Below are positions 47,073 through 55,024 of a stretch of DNA of 55,024 bases, in pieces. The notes beneath the pieces were generated by a model. That model was not told where the DNA came from. It did not search any database and saw only the letters and a list, made by a program, of their open reading frames with translations. Position numbers and translations under genes: made by a program. Positions within the stretch are counted from its first letter, which is position 1, and each line of letters begins with the position of its first letter. The DNA is from a virus. Taxonomy: Duplodnaviria; Caudoviricetes. Location: positions 1 to 55,024 of IMG/VR virus record IMGVR_UViG_3300031920_000406; one strand, written 5' to 3'.

Positions 47073-47567
47073 TTAAAACAGGACCACACAGCGTTGAGTG
47101 TCATAAACCTCTGTGATTAGTCCACGATTGTTCACGTTACCACCCTGCGGATCTTGCATGGTAGTTGTCATCAGAGCTACGCAACCACCCGCGCATTCTG
47201 TCAACCAGTGACCCCGATTAGCCGCACCCATTACTATCGGAGCGCCGCCCTGTCCCGTTGTTCCCATTATGTCTGCAAAGCCGCTCACCTGCACTACGCA
47301 TCGTAAGGGGAATGCTTTCCCTGCCTGTAAATCTTCCGATACCGCCTGCACTGCTCCGAATAGTTGAAATTGCGTAGTTGATCCGCTTATTGTGTGACCC
47401 ACTGTGTTGTTTCCCAATAGCACAGCCCCACGGTGGTAAGCGTCGATATCCGCTTGTCTAAACGGAGTTGCACTGCTGCCCAATAAGGCCAGCGTTGTTG
47501 TCTGGTTTAGCAACGTTGCTTCAACTTTCCCAATCCCGACATTTTGAACAATATTTGAAAGTGGCAT
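47073..47567 (-). CDS. Probable head decoration / cement protein
   Basis: Gly/Thr-rich; directly upstream of capsid gene. Confidence 0.5.
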   Translation of the reverse strand: MPLSNIVQNVGIGKVEATLLNQTTTLALLGSSATPFRQADIDAYHRGAVLLGNNTVGHTISGSTTQFQLFGAVQAVSEDLQAGKAFPLRCVVQVSGFADIMGTTGQGGAPIVMGAANRGHWLTECAGGCVALMTTTMQDPQGGNVNNRGLITEVYDTQRCVVLF

Positions 47568-47569
47568 AC

Positions 47570-48079
47570 TTATGCTCCCGTTTGGTAAAGTTTATGGTTT
47601 ATAAATTCCCCCTTAGCCGGTAATCGCTCCGGGGCAGAAGGAGTCCGCCACTCACCATTAAAATCTGACAAAATCTTACACCGCGATGATAACAACTCTT
47701 TAATTCCCTTTTCCTCCAACCCTCTCTTTAACTCATCCTTGTACTCCGCTGAGTAACCCCCAATTAATTCCACTTTCCCAATTAAATCAGCCCGCAATTC
47801 TCCCAACAATTCTTTGAATGCCTCGAGATCAGCCTGGGCGTTCACCAGCAATGCCTCCGCATTACCTTTCGACTCCTTCAGTTGCGGCACCAGTGTCTCG
47901 AATTGTTCCAATTGTGGGATCAATTGCGTATATTGATCAGCTTGATGAGACCGTTGCAGCCCATCCCGTGCAACTTCGTGGGCTACGGAGAGTACTCGGA
48001 TTACTTCCAGAACATCGCATTCCTCTGGTTTTGATTTTAAAAAATCAATCATCCGACTAATTTCGGTGAGTAGTTCCAT
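47570..48079 (-). CDS. Scaffold-like coiled-coil protein
   Basis: Helical and acidic; first gene of head operon. Confidence 0.5.
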   Translation of the reverse strand: MELLTEISRMIDFLKSKPEECDVLEVIRVLSVAHEVARDGLQRSHQADQYTQLIPQLEQFETLVPQLKESKGNAEALLVNAQADLEAFKELLGELRADLIGKVELIGGYSAEYKDELKRGLEEKGIKELLSSRCKILSDFNGEWRTPSAPERLPAKGEFINHKLYQTGA

Positions 48080-48085
48080 GCCCAT

Positions 48086-48114
48086 ATTATACTCAAAAAC
48101 ACCACACCGCGCAA
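48086..48114 (-). promoter_or_regulatory. Sigma70-like promoter of head operon
   Basis: Minus strand TTGCGC, 17 bp spacer, TATAAT. Confidence 0.6.
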
Positions 48115-48122
48115 CTAAATAA

Positions 48123-49241
48123 TTATTTTATCAGGTGATATCGTTTTCCCGTCTTCAAACCTATGTGCTTCTTTGTAAAGTGCGCTCTGTTTTCTTTTGG
48201 CAATCCCTGCCACCCCTTTACGTCAATTATTTCCCCTATCTCCATGCTCTGGAAGATCATTCTTGACCTACTATCATCGCAGATTTCAGGTTTTGATTTC
48301 AACATGTACACATCATGGTCTGCTATTACGTGTTCCTCTTTTCGAAACCGTGAACATAACTCCTCTGGAACCTTTTTAAATTCTATCTCGCTTAATGGAC
48401 CCTCCCGTCCACGACGTATCCACTCGTCTTCACCCCCACGATTTTTTTTCTTTTTAATCCCATCTTCCCTTTCCTCCACATTCTTCCCCTGATAATCTTG
48501 CGTTAACGCTGCATATAAAAACGCCGCCTCATTTTCCGGTTTCCGCTTCGACATAATTCTCACCTTTTCTTCAATGTACCCTTCGCTCAAATCACATGTT
48601 TCTTTCACCCGATCAATCTGTTCATTCGATAGCCATTTTGATAAAATCTCCTCGCACACAAATGTGTTTTCTCCCGACTCGATTTTTTTTGAAATTTTTT
48701 CCCCGCTCTTTTCTTCATCTTTATCTTTTATAGGCTCTTTTGAGATATTAAGAAACGACGGCGAAAGCTTTTGATCTGAACTGATCTTACGCGCGCGAGA
48801 CGCATGCTTTTCGCTATGCGTCTCGCTTGCGGTCGCGCGCGCGCGCGTTTTTTGTTTAAGTTCTTGATTCTTCCCACCTTGCGCGTTCTTAGAATTCTGA
48901 TTCGATACACGTCGTGCACGCTTTAAACTCTTACATAAACCATTTTGAAGGATAAAAAGTTTATTAATAACACCTTTTTTCCGCCGTATTTTAAACAATG
49001 GTTCACGCTTGTCTAGGAACTTTTTGCGTAGTTTCCGTAAGCGCTCGCTTACACGTAACCCCGTGTATATACTCCAATTATCCAGCGTGTCCTCAAAAGA
49101 ATACTGTGTCGAAGTTAACGACCATATCCGACAAAGCATTTTCATGTATATCCCTATTTCATACCCTGAAAAGTCAATAGTTTGAGAGATGAATTTATCA
49201 GGAAAAAACACAAAACCTTCAATTCGCTTCCGATTCGCCAT
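48123..49241 (-). CDS. DUF1376/YdaU-like replication initiator
   Basis: FFPDKFISQT..FS..EIGIY..ML..IW N-terminus; PENEAAFL..AL..DY helical C-domain. Confidence 0.65.
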   Translation of the reverse strand: MANRKRIEGFVFFPDKFISQTIDFSGYEIGIYMKMLCRIWSLTSTQYSFEDTLDNWSIYTGLRVSERLRKLRKKFLDKREPLFKIRRKKGVINKLFILQNGLCKSLKRARRVSNQNSKNAQGGKNQELKQKTRARATASETHSEKHASRARKISSDQKLSPSFLNISKEPIKDKDEEKSGEKISKKIESGENTFVCEEILSKWLSNEQIDRVKETCDLSEGYIEEKVRIMSKRKPENEAAFLYAALTQDYQGKNVEEREDGIKKKKNRGGEDEWIRRGREGPLSEIEFKKVPEELCSRFRKEEHVIADHDVYMLKSKPEICDDSRSRMIFQSMEIGEIIDVKGWQGLPKENRAHFTKKHIGLKTGKRYHLIK

Positions 49242-49531
49242 TCTCTTTCACTCCTTTCCCTACATTATATATAAGAAACCTAACGTACATTTGTGTTCAC
49301 CTTTGTGTCACAACCGTGCAAAAAAAAATAAATACCCTGTGCACGCATTTCGCATTAATGTCACATCTTTTCACAAAATAAAAATCCTCCCTATTAATTT
49401 ACATCATGTTTCTTCCGTATGAGAACACCTGTACTTTAAAATATTCTCTTTTTTTCTTCAATAATTCCCTTCCATGAGGTATAATAATACTATACCTATA
49501 TTTAATATGTTTCTAAACAAAGGATGTATCT

Positions 49532-52500
49532 ATGAACGCTTTCTATCTTGATGTGCAACTTAAATCTCAAAACTCATCCCCCGATCCTGCCATTACAACT
49601 GATGAAGATGTCCGAATTATTAATTCCCTACGACGCAACGCTCCACTTAAAAAACTTAACTCTGATCAAATTAATACCCGCTCTATTATTATTATGGGAG
49701 AAGAACCCACTTCTAAACTCTCTATCCATCCACAACGACTCATTAATAATAAACAGATCAATACCCTCGCCGATATTGCTAAAAAATTACCCGGCGCACC
49801 CATGCTTGTAGGACATCGACAGGATAAAACACCATGGGGCCGTACATTTAAAGCACAAGTAATTGATAAAACACCAGGTTACTCCGGAGCAGTTGTCAAA
49901 GAAGCTTACTTCTTTCTCAATGACGATGAAGGTAACGCTATCGCTCGAAAAATCGATGCAGGCATATGGGCAGAAGGCTCTATCTCTTATTGGTTTCAAG
50001 AAGCACGATGCTCTATTTGCCATACACCAATGGCCTCTATGTCTTTTCTCGGCATTAACGCTAAAATAGCACGATGTAACCATATTCTTGGCAAAAAAGA
50101 CCAAGATACTGGACAAATATGCTACTGGTATCCCTACAATATCGTAAAAATCGGCGAAACATCATATGTATTCGCCGGCGCTTATTCCAAAACACGATCC
50201 TTTCTCGATACTAACAACGCCGATTATCTAAACGAGCTCTATTCCCCTGACCAAATTACCGCCGCCACTGAACTCGAATCACAACTTCTCGACGCTGGCC
50301 TCGATATTAAAAACATCCCACCCCAAATTGATGTCACACCATCACTCGATACAATTCATTCTAACACACCTCCACCATCATTAACACTTGTCGTTTCCAC
50401 TCCTACAAAAGGACCTATCAATGATACACCTACCCAAAACACACAACAACCCCCCTCACCCGATTCAACACCCAATCCCCCAATCACACATCAACAAACA
50501 CTCACCACAGAAAAAACAAAAAACAACCCACCCATCGAAGGCGAAGCTACCGACCCCCCAATCACTTCCAATGATTCATCCGATGATACTCTCCAACAAC
50601 ATACAACCCTTCCCGACCCCAACTCAAATGCTACAACTCTATCCCCACCTTCACCCGGAGAACAACTCGACCGAGGCGCCGGTAAAGGCAAAGGCGGAAA
50701 ACCACAAGGAGACGGAGGCGCATCCAAATGTGTATGCCCTAAATGCGGATACGAAACACCACACATAAAAGGCACACCATGTACTGAATCGAAATGCCCC
50801 AAATGTCATACCACTCTCCAAGGTAAAAACATGGATAATATTCAACCCACAACACAACCAAATTCTCAAATACCACCCCCTATTCCCACCAATAATTCAC
50901 CTAAAACCACCTTAACCGCTACTAATCTGGACAATCTACCTAGCAATAATCATACCGACCAAACTGCTACTAATCCACCCAAACCCACAATACCAATCGA
51001 AAAAAATTCGGCAAATCACCATATAATCGAAAAAAATTCGATTTCCCTAAATCCCAATAAACCCACTATTGACAATGTGGAAGACCCACTATCAGCCGCT
51101 CTTGCTTTTATGGACCGCGTCTCAGACTCCTTGACCCCTGAAGATCTATCAGATCTTACCTCTATTTTTAATACACCAGATTTTGATATTGATGAGCGCG
51201 AAACGTTTCTTAGAACAGCTTTAAAATCTGCATCTGTTGAAATTCTTAACGAGGCTCTTGATCTCCTTGATCGTATTTCTGATTCTTCATTGTCTCCACC
51301 TTTACTTATTTTTCAATGTGTCGAATGTTCCACCCATTTTGATGTTCGTCCTGACGCTTTTTGTCCTCATTGTGGCGCACAGGTAATACCCTTGGAAGAT
51401 TACCGTGTTGTACTCTTTAACCCTGTCGGACCTATTAAGCCTACAAAATCAGGTATTTGCAATAATGAGTTTTTTAAAAAAGAAGACCTTGTCAATTTGC
51501 CCACTGCGGTTTACTTTGTTGAGCCTAAGTACGACGGTGTTTGGATGGAACTTCATCGTTTAGGTGACAAGGTACGTTTTTACACTGCCGAAGGCAACGA
51601 ATATTCTGAAAAGTTTCCTGCACTTATGGCGGAAGCCCTGAAGATTAAAGCTACTTCCTATATTATCGCCGGTGAACTTACTCGATGGCATAATCGCCGC
51701 AGGCTTGGTCATACCGATGTTGCAGCTTATTTACACACCAAAGCAGAAACTTATGATGATAAAGACTTTAAATATAAGCCTTTTGATCTTATGTTGCTAT
51801 TAGGCCGCGCTGTTACCGATCAGCCTCTTGATGCACGCCGTCGCAAGCTCGATAGTACTTTTAAATGGGGTAAACAAATTCATCCAACCGCACATCGTGT
51901 TGTTAAACATGTATATGCTGATTCTGCGATTCTTTCTACCATTAACGACCGAGCTACTCGCGAGGGTGTTATGATTAAAGATATTCATAGTCTCTACTCA
52001 CGTCGCGATCAAAAGTCTCTTTACAAGTGGAAGCAGCAATCTGAACTGGATGTTCGTGTCAAGTCTGTTATGGTCAACACTGGTGGTGGTTATATTTATA
52101 CATGTGAGGTAGGTCGAGGTACTAATGTTCAAGTTATTGGAGCTACTTATACCACTACCATTAAAGCTTTAATAGGCAATATTCTTCAGGTTTCAGTTGA
52201 TCATGTTCGTTATGACAAGCCCAAAAATAACTACTCCTGGTTTGCTCCGAAGGTCGTAGCTTTACGGGCTGACAAAAAACTACCCGATCCTCTTTCCGCT
52301 CTCCGTGCCCTTGCCCTTGTAAAGGGTAGTGAACCTAAGAGTAGACACATTATTACACTTACCGAGGTTTTGCCTCGTTTAAAGCGAGCTGCTCTTGATC
52401 TTGAACTCTATCTTATCGGAAGCCTTGTGGAAGAGGGACTTACTACTCACGATATTGACATTCTTAGTCGTGTTCCTCTTGGTGAAAACGACGTTCGTGC

Positions 52501-53221
52501 TTTGACTGACGCTCTTGGGATGGATCTTGCCTTTTATCTTGATATTACAATAGATCAAGATGGCCCCGCTGGTCCCAGCATTCCTTTGATTACTGATATG
52601 AAGAACAATGATGCTATGTGGAAGTATTCCAATATGTTCGTCCTCCAGGAACACGGATGGGGGAAGAAGGTCCATTATGATCTTAGATTTGGAGCTCCAC
52701 GGACAAAACGCATGTGGGGATGGACTTGTTTTTCAAAACCCTCATTCACTGATGGAGGTGCTAAGACACGTTGTCAGGAGAAAAAATATCATGACCCTAA
52801 ATGGATGGATTTTGACAAAAAGACTATTCCTCCTGGGCAGCCTGGAAACCCCACTAAAAATCTAAATGCTTGGATCACTAAAATTGATACTGGAACATAC
52901 GAGTACATTTGCCGCAAGCCTAATTTTCTTGAGCTCGTTTTCCATGGCACTTTGATGGATGGTCGCTATCTTTGGCGTCACATTGAAGTCAAACACCAGT
53001 CACAAAAGACTATTGATGCTCACCATATTCCTGGCGATGAAGTTGATACTAAGACAGACAAAATCTGGGTTATGTGGAAACCTAAGGACCAGGAGCCAGG
53101 TAAGGCTATTCATAAGCTTGCTTATAAGTTTATTGACGATTGTTTCATGTTCTGGGAAACCGACGAAGTTGATACTATTCTTGAACATCTTGAAAATATT
53201 GTTTTCGACTCTACTACTTAG
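49532..53221 (+). CDS. Multidomain protein: prohead-protease-like + zinc ribbons + ATP-dependent DNA ligase + NTase + LigD phosphoesterase-like
   Basis: EGSIS...CSICH; EPKYDG (motif I), EGVMIK (IV), KWK (V); LIGSL...HDIDIL; FVLQEH...HYDLRF...IDTGTYE. Confidence 0.8.
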   Translation: MNAFYLDVQLKSQNSSPDPAITTDEDVRIINSLRRNAPLKKLNSDQINTRSIIIMGEEPTSKLSIHPQRLINNKQINTLADIAKKLPGAPMLVGHRQDKTPWGRTFKAQVIDKTPGYSGAVVKEAYFFLNDDEGNAIARKIDAGIWAEGSISYWFQEARCSICHTPMASMSFLGINAKIARCNHILGKKDQDTGQICYWYPYNIVKIGETSYVFAGAYSKTRSFLDTNNADYLNELYSPDQITAATELESQLLDAGLDIKNIPPQIDVTPSLDTIHSNTPPPSLTLVVSTPTKGPINDTPTQNTQQPPSPDSTPNPPITHQQTLTTEKTKNNPPIEGEATDPPITSNDSSDDTLQQHTTLPDPNSNATTLSPPSPGEQLDRGAGKGKGGKPQGDGGASKCVCPKCGYETPHIKGTPCTESKCPKCHTTLQGKNMDNIQPTTQPNSQIPPPIPTNNSPKTTLTATNLDNLPSNNHTDQTATNPPKPTIPIEKNSANHHIIEKNSISLNPNKPTIDNVEDPLSAALAFMDRVSDSLTPEDLSDLTSIFNTPDFDIDERETFLRTALKSASVEILNEALDLLDRISDSSLSPPLLIFQCVECSTHFDVRPDAFCPHCGAQVIPLEDYRVVLFNPVGPIKPTKSGICNNEFFKKEDLVNLPTAVYFVEPKYDGVWMELHRLGDKVRFYTAEGNEYSEKFPALMAEALKIKATSYIIAGELTRWHNRRRLGHTDVAAYLHTKAETYDDKDFKYKPFDLMLLLGRAVTDQPLDARRRKLDSTFKWGKQIHPTAHRVVKHVYADSAILSTINDRATREGVMIKDIHSLYSRRDQKSLYKWKQQSELDVRVKSVMVNTGGGYIYTCEVGRGTNVQVIGATYTTTIKALIGNILQVSVDHVRYDKPKNNYSWFAPKVVALRADKKLPDPLSALRALALVKGSEPKSRHIITLTEVLPRLKRAALDLELYLIGSLVEEGLTTHDIDILSRVPLGENDVRALTDALGMDLAFYLDITIDQDGPAGPSIPLITDMKNNDAMWKYSNMFVLQEHGWGKKVHYDLRFGAPRTKRMWGWTCFSKPSFTDGGAKTRCQEKKYHDPKWMDFDKKTIPPGQPGNPTKNLNAWITKIDTGTYEYICRKPNFLELVFHGTLMDGRYLWRHIEVKHQSQKTIDAHHIPGDEVDTKTDKIWVMWKPKDQEPGKAIHKLAYKFIDDCFMFWETDEVDTILEHLENIVFDSTT

Positions 53222-53240
53222 TCGCGGTTTTTTTTACTCC

Positions 53241-53271
53241 AGGGGGGAGGGTTGCTTTTCCCCCTTTTTTT
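53241..53271 (+). terminator. Probable terminator after ligase fusion gene
   Basis: AGGGGGA / TTCCCCT stem then T-tract. Confidence 0.5.
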
Positions 53272-54079
53272 ATTTCTTTTTTATTCTCTCTACTTTTTTT
53301 TCACTGGTTTGTTATGTTTTGGGGGCGGATGTTCTTTCCGCGTGGTGGGTGGGAAAAGATTCAGAGACATTCCAGCCGGACCTTCCGTACAGTAACACCG
53401 TCACACACAATGTTTTGTATCTGGCGGGCTTTTTATAAGATATGCGTAGCAATGTTTTGTCTTTTATGTTTTTTCGCCAGATGTGAATTGTGTGTTTATC
53501 TGTTATTTAGGTATCCGGGTTACTATCCGAGCTGGCTACAATATTTTTTAAAGCTTAGAATACCAGGGAGGCGGTGGCGAATAGCCGCGCCGGCATGTCT
53601 TTGTTTATTTTGATTTGTTTTTAGTTTTTTATCGTTTTTGTTTTTAGTTGCCAGGGGAGTGCGATGTTTTTTCGCACGGCTGGCATTGCTTGAGGTGGGT
53701 ACCGGCGCGTCGGAGGCGAGGGGAGGGTTGCATAACCCTTTTTATGTAATACTTGCACCCAAAAACTTATAATCGCAAGTTTACATAAAAATTGTTATGA
53801 CGAACCTTTCTTCTCCGAACTAGCGCCGGTTTTAACCCTTGTGCACAAATCTCTCTCCCCATTTAGACATTGTACCTGCCTATATTTAAATGGCGTTTCT
53901 CCTTTTCTTTGAATAGCCGGGGGTATGACGGAGCGCTCTTCGAGAACTCCTATTAATCCTGCCAGCCCTTCGAGCTCGGTTTTTGCTTGTGAGCAAAAAC
54001 ATATACGGAGGGGGAGGAACTTTCCCGAATTTAAGCGCACGGTTAGAGAGCGATCTCTTTTACCATACCTTTTTCTTTT

Positions 54080-54526
54080 TTATATAAACATCTCAACTTG
54101 TTCCCGGACTCCTGCGACGAACGATTTTGCTTCCTCTTCTAATTTTAACACTCTGGATGCAGCTTCTACGCTCAATGTTTGTGTTTCAGGTATTTTATTG
54201 GTCCGGTCCACATATTTCATTGGAGTATTGATTACCATCACAGCATTTCCTATGGATAGTTTTTTTGTTGCTGTTATTATACACCTTTGTATATCTTCAT
54301 CTCCTTGGTAATTCCATGATACGCCCCTTACTATCACTTGGCTTTCTTTTTCAAGCTCACAGATATCGATCACATCTTTTCTCAGAGCTTGCATTGCATT
54401 TAGAAAACTTGGTGCTGGATTATCTTGCGAGACCAGCGTTACATCTGACGATTTATTTCCACTTGAGTTTGAGAATTGCACCGTAACATCGTTCATGTTG
54501 TTGAGTTTAACTTTCTTTAACCGCAT
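54080..54526 (-). CDS. Conserved-looking phage hypothetical protein
   Basis: P.PSF..A.Q.L; VRGVSW; INTP; EEEA..FV.G.R.Q; AGGAGG RBS. Confidence 0.7.
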   Translation of the reverse strand: MRLKKVKLNNMNDVTVQFSNSSGNKSSDVTLVSQDNPAPSFLNAMQALRKDVIDICELEKESQVIVRGVSWNYQGDEDIQRCIITATKKLSIGNAVMVINTPMKYVDRTNKIPETQTLSVEAASRVLKLEEEAKSFVAGVREQVEMFI

Positions 54527-54670
54527 TCTACCTCCTTTTTTGGGGATTTTGTTCTAATTTTCTTTTAATATAACCATTATCTTTTTGAGATGGGAACATC
54601 TTTCTTTCCACCCCAGGAGAGGGGGGCGCGGCAAGCCGAACCCCCCTCCGAAGTTAACGTATTCTTTCAA

Positions 54671-55024
54671 CTCAGAAACCTCAGGGTTTCGCGAGTCTTT
54701 ACACCCAGAAACCTCAGGGTTTCGCGAGTCTTTACACTCAGAAACCTCAGGGTTTCGCGAGTCTTTACACTCAGAAACCTCAGGGTTTCGCGAGTCTTTA
54801 CACCCAGAAACCTCAGGGTTTCGCGAGTCTTTACACTCAGAAACCTCAGGGTTTCGCGAGTCTTTACACTCAGAAACCTCAGGGTTTCGCGAGTCTTTAC
54901 ACTCAGAAACCTCAGGGTTTCGCGAGTCTTTACACCCAGAAACCTCAGGGTTTCGCGAGTCTTTACACTCAGAAACCTCAGGGTTTCGCGAGTCTTTACA
55001 CTCAGAAACCTCAGGGTTTCGCGA
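54671..55024. repeat. 33-bp tandem repeat (C[T/C]CAGAAACCTCAGGGTTTCGCGAGTCTTTACA), about 10.7 copies, truncated by window end
   Basis: Direct read; internal palindrome GAAACC-tcag-GGTTTC; no spacers. Confidence 0.95.

Noticed and set aside
53222-54079. tRNA or structured ncRNA in the long intergenic region
   Set aside because: No cloverleaf or recognisable RNA family by eye; an Infernal/tRNAscan run would be needed
54671-55024. CRISPR array
   Set aside because: Repeats are directly adjacent with no unique spacers, and no cas genes are seen; the same applies to 1-117

Overview
The window looks like most or all of a tailed-phage (Caudoviricetes-like) genome, cut at both ends by tandem repeats. 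Recognisable modules on the minus strand are: DNA packaging and head (TerS, TerL, portal, capsid, scaffold-like), beta-helix and beta-propeller appendage proteins, a sulfotransferase/glycosyltransferase/methyltransferase/acetyltransferase set, YqaJ-RecT-SSB recombination genes, a DUF1376-like initiator, and a PAPS-reductase + radical SAM pair. On the plus strand is a 1229-aa fusion of a prohead-protease-like domain, an ATP-dependent DNA ligase, an NTase and a LigD phosphoesterase-like domain. The standout is the plus-strand accessory region at about 2.6-13.4 kb. It has a consensus sigma70 promoter and an Arc-like repressor, followed by small ORFs separated by at least 11 attC-like imperfect hairpins (ACATCNNNCAAC ... 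GTTGNNNGAAAT). The two ends of each unit are complementary in a unit-specific way, as in integron gene cassettes. There are extra nested inverted repeats around each ORF and three attI-like entry motifs, but no integrase is visible in the window. Also notable are an almost adenine-free SLOG/DprA-like gene and a perfect parS site. All protein calls come from motif recognition by eye, not database searches.
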